A stretch of 32,000 nucleotides of DNA from Phycisphaerales bacterium (GTDB lineage: Bacteria; Planctomycetota; Phycisphaerae; Phycisphaerales; UBA1924), in assembly GCA_044221315.1 (NCBI GenBank), contig JBGAPK010000009.1, positions 100,416 through 132,415 on the forward strand, read 5' to 3'. Positions 11,539 through 19,468 of the stretch are shown here, piece after piece. Under the pieces are notes generated by a model that was not told where the DNA came from, searched no databases, and saw nothing but the letters and a program-made list of their open reading frames with translations. How positions within the stretch are numbered: the first letter of the stretch is position 1; each line of letters begins with the position of its first letter. Position numbers and translations under genes: made by a program.

Positions 11539-13065
11539 ATGGATTCTGAAAATCACCCCGCGACCACCCCCGCCGCGCCGTCGAATTCTACCGCGGGTGC
11601 CGAGTCCCGGTGCGCTCCCGTCGGCCCACCCGTAAGCCCCGGACGCGGCAGGCGGTTCACCGTTCGACTGATCGCGGGCATTGCCGTGGTCGTCGCGATC
11701 GTCCTCGCCGTTCCGTGGATTCGCTTCGCGCTGAGCACCGTTTCGACCGACGACGCTTATGTCAACGGCCACGTGACGTTCGTCGCTCCGCGCGTTTCCG
11801 GACAGGTCACGCGTGTCCTCGTGGACGACAACAACCGCGTTCGCAAGGGTGATTTGCTCGTCGAACTCGACAAGCAACCGTACCGGATCGCCGTCGAAAT
11901 CGCCGAATCGGCCGTGGGCATCGCCAAGGCCAATCTCGTCGCCGCCATCGCCCAGGCACGCGGTATGGAAGGCGAGATGCGCAGCCTCCGCTTCGGGCTT
12001 GAGCGGTCGATCGAGAGCGTCAATAACCAGATCGAACTCCTGAAATCCAAAGTCGCGACCCTTGATGCTCAGAAGGCCGTTCTCGCACGAGCCCAGAGCG
12101 ACTATGACCGCGCGCTCAAGGCAGGCGAAGCCGGCGGAATCTCCCGCGAAGAAATCGACCACCGCAAGCAGGCCCTGCTCGTGGCCCAGGCCCAGATCGA
12201 TGAGGCAACCCAGGGCGTCTACCAGTCGCGGGTTTCCCTGGGCCTCGCCCCCCGGCCGGCAGAGGGCGAAGCGCTTACCAGCGTCCCGGCAGACCTCGAT
12301 CAGACATTTTCTTCCGTCCGCGAGGCTCAGGCCAAGCTCTTTCAGGCCGCCGCCCAGCTCGGCATCGTCAACTCCTTCGAGAAATCGCCCCGCCGGATGG
12401 TGGAGGATTTCAAAAATCGCGATCCGGGCGGAGACATCGATCGCATCTACGCCGATCTGCTCAAGTCCGCCCCCAGCATCAAGCAGGCCGAAGCTAGGGT
12501 CATCGAGGCCGAACGCCAGCTCGAACAGTCAAAGCTCAATCTGAGCTATTGCGACGTCATCTCGGAAATCGACGGCGCCGTCACGCGCCGGAATGTCAAC
12601 CCCGGAAACAACGTGGTGGTGGGGCAGTCCCTCATGGCCGTGCGATCGCTCACCGAAATCTGGATCGATGCCAACTTCAAAGAGACCCAGCTCGCCGACC
12701 TTCGGATCGGTCACCACGTCGATCTCGACGTCGACATGTACGGCGGACGCCACAAGTTCAAGGGAAGAATTTCCGGCTTCACCATGGGAACCGGCTCCAC
12801 CCTCGCCCTTCTTCCCGCGGAGAATGCCACCGGCAATTTCGTGAAAGTCGTTCAGCGTCTCCCTGTTCGAATCGACCTGATCGATTACAACGCGGACGAG
12901 TTCCCCCTGTTCGTCGGGCTGTCGGTGACCCCCTCGGTGCTGATCAACCAGCCTCCGACCGGTCCCGACGCCGGCAGAATTCTCCAGCCTCAGATTCGTG
13001 CATCGGACCAAATCCGGCAGACCACCGAGGCGCCCAAACCCGCTCCCGCGGAGGCGTCGAAATGA
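11539..13065 (+). CDS. HlyD/EmrA-family membrane fusion (periplasmic adaptor) protein
   Basis: Single N-terminal TM 'LIAGIAVVVAIVLAVPWI'. This is followed by 'VSTDDAYVNGHVTFVAPRVSGQVTRVLVDDNNRVRKGDLLVELD', a long coiled-coil hairpin and beta-barrel blocks 'GTGSTLALLPAENATGNFVKVVQRLPVRI'. Start chosen at ATG 11539. Its stop overlaps the next start (ATGA). Confidence 0.85.
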   Translation: MDSENHPATTPAAPSNSTAGAESRCAPVGPPVSPGRGRRFTVRLIAGIAVVVAIVLAVPWIRFALSTVSTDDAYVNGHVTFVAPRVSGQVTRVLVDDNNRVRKGDLLVELDKQPYRIAVEIAESAVGIAKANLVAAIAQARGMEGEMRSLRFGLERSIESVNNQIELLKSKVATLDAQKAVLARAQSDYDRALKAGEAGGISREEIDHRKQALLVAQAQIDEATQGVYQSRVSLGLAPRPAEGEALTSVPADLDQTFSSVREAQAKLFQAAAQLGIVNSFEKSPRRMVEDFKNRDPGGDIDRIYADLLKSAPSIKQAEARVIEAERQLEQSKLNLSYCDVISEIDGAVTRRNVNPGNNVVVGQSLMAVRSLTEIWIDANFKETQLADLRIGHHVDLDVDMYGGRHKFKGRISGFTMGTGSTLALLPAENATGNFVKVVQRLPVRIDLIDYNADEFPLFVGLSVTPSVLINQPPTGPDAGRILQPQIRASDQIRQTTEAPKPAPAEASK

Positions 13066-14705
13066 GCGAGCGGGCGGACAGCGCCACGATGCCGACCGCG
13101 CTCGCGCGGCCTTTCCAAGCCGGACCGATTCGCCGCCAATTCAATCCCTGGGTCGTTGGCATCGCCGTCGTCATCCCCACTTTCATGGAGATTCTCGACA
13201 CGACAATCGCCAACGTGGCGCTCCGGTACATCGCAGGCGGATTGTCAGCCCCCGCCACCGACAGCGAATGGGTCATCACCAGCTACCTCGCGGCAAACGC
13301 CATCATCCTTCCCATCTCCGGCTGGATCAGCGCGCGCCTCGGGCGGCGGAATTACTTTCTTCTTTCTATTGCAATCTTTACGCTGGCTTCGGCCCTCTGC
13401 GGCATGGCCTCAAGTCTCGGGGCTCTCATCGCCGCGCGCGTGCTCCAGGGGCTCGCCGGGGGCGGATTGCAGCCCTGCAGCCAGGCAATCCTGCTCGATG
13501 CCTTTCCCGTCGAGCAACGCGGCGGAGCGATGACATTGTTCGGAATGGCGGCCCTGCTCGGCCCGGTCGTGGGCCCCACATTCGGAGGTTACATCACCGA
13601 CAACTTCGGCTGGCAATGGATTTTCTACGTCAACGTGCCGGTCGGACTCGTCGCGGTCCTGTACTGCCATGCTGTTGTCACGGATCCTCCATACCTGCGC
13701 GAACAAACCGAGCGGGCACGGAGCAATCCCACGCCCTTCGATTTTCCCGGCCTGATTCTGCTCTGCGTCACCATGATCTGCTGGGAGGTCGTTCTGAGCA
13801 AAGGCCAGGAGTGGGATTGGTTCGGCGATCCATTCTGGCGCGTTCAGGCGCTCGCCGCAGGATTCGTGGTCGGGCTTTTGGGGCTCATCTGGCGTGAAAT
13901 GAGAACCGAGAATCCGCTTGTGAACTTCCGGACGCTAAAGGACCCAAATTTCCGTTCGTGCTGCGTCATCCTGGGCTGCGCGTACGGCGTGCTCTACGCG
14001 GGGACGACGTCGCTCCCCGCGATGCTCCAAACTCTCTACGGATATGACGCGACCATGTCGGGCTTGGTTCTATCGCCCGCAGGGCTCTTCGCGATCGCCA
14101 CGATGATCATTGTCGGACGCTTCCTCAACCGGGGATTCGATGCGCGAATACTGATGACGATCGGCGTGCTCCTCATCGCCGCCGGCAACTATTGGATGGC
14201 GAGCATGAACCTCTCCATCAGCCCCTGGCAGGTGGTCTGGCCCCGCGTCGTCATCATCATCGGGCTCGGGTTGCTCTTCGCGCCCCTGAACGTGGCCGCC
14301 TTCGCGACGATTCCGATCGCGATTCGAGGTGCGGCGGTCGGTCTGCTCGCCCTCCTCCGCAACGAAGGGGGAAGCGTCGGAACCTCCGTCGCGCAGACGA
14401 TTTTGGAACGGCGCGAGCAGTTCCACACCCTTCGCCTGAACGAAAACTTGGACCCATTGAACCCCGCCGTAACGAGCATTCTTGACCAGGGGCAGAAGCT
14501 CTTCATGACCCAAACCGGCGATCCCGTCGCGGCACGAATGATGGCGTACCAACTGATGGCGAACATGCGGGATCGCCAGGCGACGGCGCTCTCGTATTTC
14601 GACATATTCTGGGTCGCGTCTGTGCTGGCGATCTCGCTGCTTGCCCTGATCGCGCTCATGAAACGGGCGAGCGCGCCAAAGGGAGCGCACTTGTCGGCGG
14701 AATGA
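13062..14705 (+). CDS. MFS transporter, DHA2 (EmrB/QacA) 14-TMS drug:H+ antiporter family
   Basis: 'FMEILDTTIANVALRYIAGGL' signature and many TM segments. ATG 13062 overlaps the adaptor stop (ATGA at 13062-13065). The upstream 171 codons of the 718-aa track ORF are Arg-rich out-of-frame overlap with the adaptor gene. Confidence 0.9.
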   Translation: MSERADSATMPTALARPFQAGPIRRQFNPWVVGIAVVIPTFMEILDTTIANVALRYIAGGLSAPATDSEWVITSYLAANAIILPISGWISARLGRRNYFLLSIAIFTLASALCGMASSLGALIAARVLQGLAGGGLQPCSQAILLDAFPVEQRGGAMTLFGMAALLGPVVGPTFGGYITDNFGWQWIFYVNVPVGLVAVLYCHAVVTDPPYLREQTERARSNPTPFDFPGLILLCVTMICWEVVLSKGQEWDWFGDPFWRVQALAAGFVVGLLGLIWREMRTENPLVNFRTLKDPNFRSCCVILGCAYGVLYAGTTSLPAMLQTLYGYDATMSGLVLSPAGLFAIATMIIVGRFLNRGFDARILMTIGVLLIAAGNYWMASMNLSISPWQVVWPRVVIIIGLGLLFAPLNVAAFATIPIAIRGAAVGLLALLRNEGGSVGTSVAQTILERREQFHTLRLNENLDPLNPAVTSILDQGQKLFMTQTGDPVAARMMAYQLMANMRDRQATALSYFDIFWVASVLAISLLALIALMKRASAPKGAHLSAE

Positions 14706-14727
14706 GGGTTCGCAACGGGAGGCGAAG

Positions 14728-16092
14728 ATGGGCGGATTGCCTCGGATTGTGATCGTCGGAGGAGGCTTCGCGGGCCTCAACGCCGCGCAGGCCCTCGCCG
14801 GTGCACCCGCAGACGTGACGCTGATCGACCGCCGAAACTTCCACCTCTTCCAGCCATTGCTCTACCAGGTCGCCACCGCAGGGCTCTCCCCGGCCGATAT
14901 CGCCTCGCCCATCCGGCACGTGCTGCGGAAGCAGATGAACTGCCGCGTCGTGCTCGCCGAGCCGATCGCGGTTGATCTCACCGCGCGGCACATCAGATTC
15001 GAAGGCGATGTGGTCATCGAATACGACTGGCTGGTTCTCGCCGCCGGCGCCACGCACTCCTACTTCGGGCACGATGAATGGGAAACGATCGCTCCGGGCC
15101 TCAAGACCATCGAGGACGCGACCGAGATCCGCCGCCGAATCCTCCTCGCGTTCGAGAGCGCCGAATACGAAGGCAGCGATGAAGCACGCCGAGCCGCGTT
15201 GACGTTCGCGATCGTGGGCGGCGGGCCCACAGGCGTCGAACTCGCCGGTGCGATCATGGAGATCGCCGCCAAGACAATCCCCCGCGACTTCAAAAACATC
15301 GACACAAAGACGACCAAGGTCATCCTCTTCGATGCAAACGATCGACTCCTGCTCGCCTTCCCGCCCGAACTTGGCTCGCGGGCGCAGCGCGACCTCGAAA
15401 AAATGGGAGTTGAAGTGCGGCTCAAGGCCTTCGTCACCAACATCACGCCGGACGGGCTGTATGTCGGCGATCAATTCGTGCCCGCTCGCTGCGTGCTCTG
15501 GGCCGCCGGAGTGCGCGCCAACCTGCTCGGCGCGAGCCTCGGCGTGCCGCTCGAAAAGAACGGTCAGGTCAAGGTAAGTCCCGACCTTTCGGTGCCGGGC
15601 CATCCAAACGTGTTTGTGGTTGGCGACATGGCCGCGGTCGTTTCGAACGGCAAGCCCGTCCCCGGCGTCGCGCCCGCCGCAATTCAGATGGGCCAATTCG
15701 TGGGGAAGCTCATTACCCGCGAGGTCCGGAACGCTCCCTCGCCCGCCTCCCGTACGCCCTTTGTGTACCGGGACAAAGGCTCACTCGCCACGATCGGCCG
15801 CGCCAAAGCCGTCGCCGCCATCGGCGGCTTCAAGTTCGGCGGCTACTTTGCTTGGGTGGTCTGGTCGCTCGTTCACATCATGTTCCTGATCAGCTTCCGC
15901 AACCGTCTCATCGTGATGTTCAACTGGGCGTGGAGCTGGTTCTTCGTTCGCTCCGCGCGTTTGATCACCGGCGATTCGAACATGCGGATCGACGAAGTCC
16001 GGGCCAACGAAGTCGTGATTGGGAGGCAGGTCGCCGATCAATCGCCTACTTCGGGACCGGGTTCCCCCGGATCGCGTCGGCCGCGTGTCTGA
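14728..16092 (+). CDS. ndh: Type II NADH:quinone oxidoreductase (NDH-2), FAD/NAD(P)-binding
   Basis: Two dinucleotide-binding motifs, 'IVIVGGGFAGLNAA' and 'FAIVGGGPTGVELAGA'. Also 'VFVVGDMA' and a C-terminal amphipathic membrane-anchor segment. SD 'gggagg' lies just upstream, 22 nt after the MFS gene. Confidence 0.9.
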   Translation: MGGLPRIVIVGGGFAGLNAAQALAGAPADVTLIDRRNFHLFQPLLYQVATAGLSPADIASPIRHVLRKQMNCRVVLAEPIAVDLTARHIRFEGDVVIEYDWLVLAAGATHSYFGHDEWETIAPGLKTIEDATEIRRRILLAFESAEYEGSDEARRAALTFAIVGGGPTGVELAGAIMEIAAKTIPRDFKNIDTKTTKVILFDANDRLLLAFPPELGSRAQRDLEKMGVEVRLKAFVTNITPDGLYVGDQFVPARCVLWAAGVRANLLGASLGVPLEKNGQVKVSPDLSVPGHPNVFVVGDMAAVVSNGKPVPGVAPAAIQMGQFVGKLITREVRNAPSPASRTPFVYRDKGSLATIGRAKAVAAIGGFKFGGYFAWVVWSLVHIMFLISFRNRLIVMFNWAWSWFFVRSARLITGDSNMRIDEVRANEVVIGRQVADQSPTSGPGSPGSRRPRV

Positions 16093-17212
16093 ACTCGACC
16101 GAGATCGGAGTCTTCTCCGCCCCGAGCGCATCGAGCTTGGGCAGAGCATCCTTCGCGCCGGGTCCGATCGCGCCCAGGGCCGAAGCCGCGGCGGTCATCA
16201 CATGCCTCTCCCCGGTCTCGAGCATCCTGATCAACTCGGGAACCGCCTCACCCGCCGCCGCGCCGAGACCACGCAGCGCAAAGCAAGTCTGCTGGCGCGT
16301 TCGCGTGTCTCCGGTTTTCAGCAGTTCGACCATCGCCGGAGTCGCCGATCCGGCCGACGGTCCGTAATACCCGATCGCGAGCAGCGCTCCGAAGCAAGTG
16401 TCTTCGTCCTTGAGGAGCTCAATCAGCTTGGGCACGTAAACCTGCGCGGGTGGCTTGGTCTGTCCGAGCAACGAAATCGCCATCGTCCGAATGCGTTGAT
16501 CCGGGTCCTCGAATCGCGCGACCAGCGCCTCCGCGATCTCGATCCGCTGGTCTTCGGTGAGCCTATCCGGCTCTTCCGATTCCAGCACCAGCCCCATGAA
16601 TCCCTGCACGCCCTGCCGCCGCACCGCGGCGTCCTTCGAACCGCTTGTCTCCACCAGCACCGGGATTGCAATGGCCGGATCCGCATAGCGGACAAGTCGG
16701 GCGACGACGCCCGGCAATTGCTTCGCTTCCTCCGGCTGCATGTTCTGGAGCCTCCCGGCGGCGGCCGGAAACACCTTCTCTCCGAGCGGCGCGCGCAAAG
16801 ACTGAATCTGAAGACTCGTCTGCTCCAGCTCAAACGCCATCTTGATCGCCGAGACGGAAGTCGGAACGTTGTCAGACCGCAGATCCGTCGCCGTCCGATC
16901 CACGAGTCGCAGCCATTCTGCCTCGGGCAGGAGTGAGGCCACGGGCATCACCGCGATCACATCACCGCCCGGTCCGGTCCGAGCCTTCGCGGCCTCGAGC
17001 TTCTTCGCTTTCAGCCACTCCCGTATCACCTCAAGCGACGCCTCCCGCGGATAGTCTGCGGGTGCCGCCGCGGGGAGTGGGGGAGGCAACTTGTGGCCCG
17101 GCGCCGGTCGCTGCTCAACGGGGCCGGGGGGCGCAGCGCCGCCTCGCGACGCCAGAACCACACAAAGCAAGCCAGCGCCGACCGCACACGCACAACCGTT
17201 CGTTCGTGCCAT
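16046..17212 (-). CDS. Secreted HEAT-repeat protein
   Basis: Signal-peptide-like N-terminus 'MARTNGCACAVGAGLLCVVLASRGGAA'. Repeated about 30-aa units of the form 'xAVPxLIxLLxxxDxxxRxxAxxALGxIG'. Start chosen at ATG 17212; the track start at 17251 is possible. Confidence 0.7.
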   Translation of the reverse strand: MARTNGCACAVGAGLLCVVLASRGGAAPPGPVEQRPAPGHKLPPPLPAAAPADYPREASLEVIREWLKAKKLEAAKARTGPGGDVIAVMPVASLLPEAEWLRLVDRTATDLRSDNVPTSVSAIKMAFELEQTSLQIQSLRAPLGEKVFPAAAGRLQNMQPEEAKQLPGVVARLVRYADPAIAIPVLVETSGSKDAAVRRQGVQGFMGLVLESEEPDRLTEDQRIEIAEALVARFEDPDQRIRTMAISLLGQTKPPAQVYVPKLIELLKDEDTCFGALLAIGYYGPSAGSATPAMVELLKTGDTRTRQQTCFALRGLGAAAGEAVPELIRMLETGERHVMTAAASALGAIGPGAKDALPKLDALGAEKTPISVEFRHAADAIRGNPVPK

Positions 17213-17247
17213 AGCCGCCTCCGCACCCCTGCCGCGACGATCACAAA

Positions 17248-18690
17248 TCACGGCGCCCAGACGTTGGCGGTGGATGTTCCCGGCTTGCTGTTTCCTGCCG
17301 GAGCTCCATTCTGCGCGGCCCCGTTCGTTCCCGGCGCCGGAATCTCGCTCGACGAAACTTCCGCCTTGATGACATTCACCGGCTGCACTTCTCTCGGGAA
17401 AGCCGCCGCCGAGAACGCCGGGACCGTCGCCCCGTTCAAGTGCACCTTCCCGCTCGCCAGACCCGGGAAATGCTCCCCCTGCCAGGACGCCGGGTACTTC
17501 GAGTCATCCATGTCGAGCGCCGCCTTCGTCGGGAACAGCGGCCGGAACGTATCGCACATGACCGCGAGTTCGGCGGTGTGCGTCGCGGAAAGCGATGCCT
17601 CCACCGTTCCCGGATGCGGCCCGTGCGGAATCCCCTGCGGGTGTGCCGTCAGCGATCCGACCTCGATCCCCTTGCGGCTGCCGAAGTTTCCCTCGACGTA
17701 GTACAGCACCTCGTCCGAATCGAGGTTCGAGTGGTTGTACGGCACCTTGATCGACTGCGGGTGGTAATCCAGCATCCGCGGGCAGAACGAGCAGATCACG
17801 AAATTGTGCGCCTCGAACGTCTGATGAATCGGCGGCGGCATGTGCAATTTGCCCGTGATCGGGCTGAAGTCGTCGATGTTGAAAACGTACGGGTAGTAGC
17901 AGCCGTCCCAGCCCACGATGTCGAGCGGGTGGTAGTGGTAGACATATTCGTGGATCAGGTCGCGGGCTTTGATCCGGACGGGGAAGTCGCCCTTCTCGTC
18001 CCAGGTGAGCGGCGTCTCCGGCAGTCGCAGGTCGCGTTCGCAGTACGGCGCGTGCTCGAGGAATTGCCCCGTGGCCTTGCTGACGTAACGCGGCGGCGGC
18101 CCGATGTGCGAGCCGTTGGTCGTCTCTATGAGCAGGAAGCGTCCGAACGGAGTGTTCTCGGCGCTCGGTTCATTCGCTCCGATCTTCGCGGTGTCGCGTT
18201 TGTCCCAGATCATCTTGTAGATCACGCCCTTGGGGATGAGGATGTAGTCCTTGGGCCCAAACTTCAGCGTCCCCATCATCGTGTGGCAGACACCCGATCC
18301 GAAGTGGATGAAGATGCACTCGTCGCCCTGCGCGTTTTTGTAGTGGTAGTTCATCTGCTCGGCCGGATTGCAGACCGCCATCTCGCAGTCCGAGTTGCCG
18401 AACAAAACGACCCGCCCGGTCACCGCATCACCCTTCGGATTCATGCGCTGCCCGCCGGTCATGACGTGGCGCATCCGCATGATCTCCTGCTCGACGTACT
18501 CCTGCTTGGTCGAGTAGACCGGCTTCCACCCGTACACCTGCGTCGGCGGGTGGATGTGGTACATCGTGCTGCTCGGCCCGGTAAAGCCCTCGGTGCCAAA
18601 CAACTCCTCCGAGTACAGCACCCCGTCCGGCCGGCGGAACTGAACGTGACGCTTCCGGGGCAACAGGCCGAGCTTGGTGTAATACGCCAT
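17248..18690 (-). CDS. hmgA: Homogentisate 1,2-dioxygenase-family protein with low-complexity C-terminal tail
   Basis: N-terminus 'MAYYTKLGLLPRKRHVQFRRPDG..YSEELFGTEGFTG'. C-terminal metal-ligand region 'VPYNHSNLDSDEVLYYVEGNF...SLTAHPQGIPHGPHPG', consistent with the His/Glu/His triad. Start chosen at ATG 18690 (track 18834). The last 60 aa or so are Ala/Gly/Pro/Asn-rich. Confidence 0.78.
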   Translation of the reverse strand: MAYYTKLGLLPRKRHVQFRRPDGVLYSEELFGTEGFTGPSSTMYHIHPPTQVYGWKPVYSTKQEYVEQEIMRMRHVMTGGQRMNPKGDAVTGRVVLFGNSDCEMAVCNPAEQMNYHYKNAQGDECIFIHFGSGVCHTMMGTLKFGPKDYILIPKGVIYKMIWDKRDTAKIGANEPSAENTPFGRFLLIETTNGSHIGPPPRYVSKATGQFLEHAPYCERDLRLPETPLTWDEKGDFPVRIKARDLIHEYVYHYHPLDIVGWDGCYYPYVFNIDDFSPITGKLHMPPPIHQTFEAHNFVICSFCPRMLDYHPQSIKVPYNHSNLDSDEVLYYVEGNFGSRKGIEVGSLTAHPQGIPHGPHPGTVEASLSATHTAELAVMCDTFRPLFPTKAALDMDDSKYPASWQGEHFPGLASGKVHLNGATVPAFSAAAFPREVQPVNVIKAEVSSSEIPAPGTNGAAQNGAPAGNSKPGTSTANVWAP

Positions 18691-18993
18691 GGCGATTCTC
18701 CAGGGCTTCATTTTACGGTGACCCGATCCGGCACGGGAACAATCTTCACTTGACTCCGGCAATCTGCCCGTCAAGACTCCGTTGCTCCGAGTGGAGAACC
18801 CGTATGGCCCTGTATTTGAGCCATATCCCGACACGCGTCAGCCCAAGCCTTTGGGTGGTGCTGTCGATGCGCGACGCCTAAGCGTCGATCCCCGCTGAAT
18901 CATCAACGAATTCGAGAACTCTTGTCCGAGCGTTCCGTGCTCGCGTTGAAGCCGCTGTTGTCGGCCCAAACGAAGACCGCCAATGCGAATGAA

Positions 18994-19009
18994 CCGGCCA
19001 ATTGGCCGG
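18994..19009. promoter_or_regulatory. Perfect 16-bp palindrome CCGGCCAATTGGCCGG (candidate operator or structural element)
   Basis: Read directly: 18994-19009 equals its own reverse complement. It lies at the end of the 300+ nt divergent intergenic region and spans the TTG (19002) of the small ORF. The palindrome is certain; its function is not. Confidence 0.3.
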
Positions 19010-19337
19010 GTGGTGTCCCGTGACCAATGAACTCAACATCGTGCGCATCCTGCGCCCGGAGGACATCCGGGAAGGAATGTTCGTGGCCGTCCTCTACGAA
19101 ACCATCGAGGTCTACCCGCCCAACTGGTGGGACCCGCCTCCCGGCACGAGCCCCCGCCCCGTCCGTCTCGCATGCAGCGCCTGCGCCGACGGCGAAGCCC
19201 GGCGCGTGATGTCCATCTGCCTGCCCTTCGTGCAGGTCGAAGACGCCCGCGGCGATCTCGCGGCCCTCGACGTGCGCCGCCACGCCCTTGTCGAGCTGGC
19301 CGAGATGTACGGCCTCGAAGCATTCACGCGCCCTTAA
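19002..19337 (+). CDS. Small hypothetical protein (about 105-111 aa), no recognisable family
   Basis: Third codon positions are mostly G/C in this frame, in contrast to the overlapping minus-strand 171-aa ORF. The start is uncertain: TTG 19002 lies inside a 16-bp palindrome, and GTG 19020 is an alternative. A hairpin with a GAAA loop follows the stop. Confidence 0.5.
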   Translation: MAGWCPVTNELNIVRILRPEDIREGMFVAVLYETIEVYPPNWWDPPPGTSPRPVRLACSACADGEARRVMSICLPFVQVEDARGDLAALDVRRHALVELAEMYGLEAFTRP

Positions 19338-19376
19338 GGGTGCGGGCACGCAGAGTGCCAAGGTAAGTTCTGGGTC

Positions 19377-19408
19377 CGGCGCTCCGAAAGGCGCGCCGGC
19401 CTTGTTTC
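19377..19408 (+). terminator. Hairpin with GAAA tetraloop followed by a T-containing tail, 40 nt after the small-ORF stop
   Basis: ccggcgc (19377-19383) pairs with gcgccgg (19394-19400). The inner cc/gg pairs close a gaaa loop (19387-19390). It is followed by ccttgtttc. Confidence 0.35.
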
Positions 19409-19468
19409 GGTCGTCCATTCCCGAGAAACTGCCAGCCGACCATTATCCACCTGATATCTTCTACGGCG

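Noticed and set aside
12549-13061. N-terminal 171 codons of the 718-aa track ORF preceding the MFS transporter
   Set aside because: This part overlaps the adaptor gene in another frame and is Arg-rich. The MFS signature and first TM helix begin right after ATG 13062, which forms an ATGA coupling with the adaptor stop.
18903-19418. 171-aa minus-strand ORF opposite the small + strand ORF
   Set aside because: The + frame (19002-19337) has G/C at most third codon positions and a downstream hairpin. The minus frame is Gly/Ala/Asp-rich low complexity. I kept the + strand call, at moderate confidence only.
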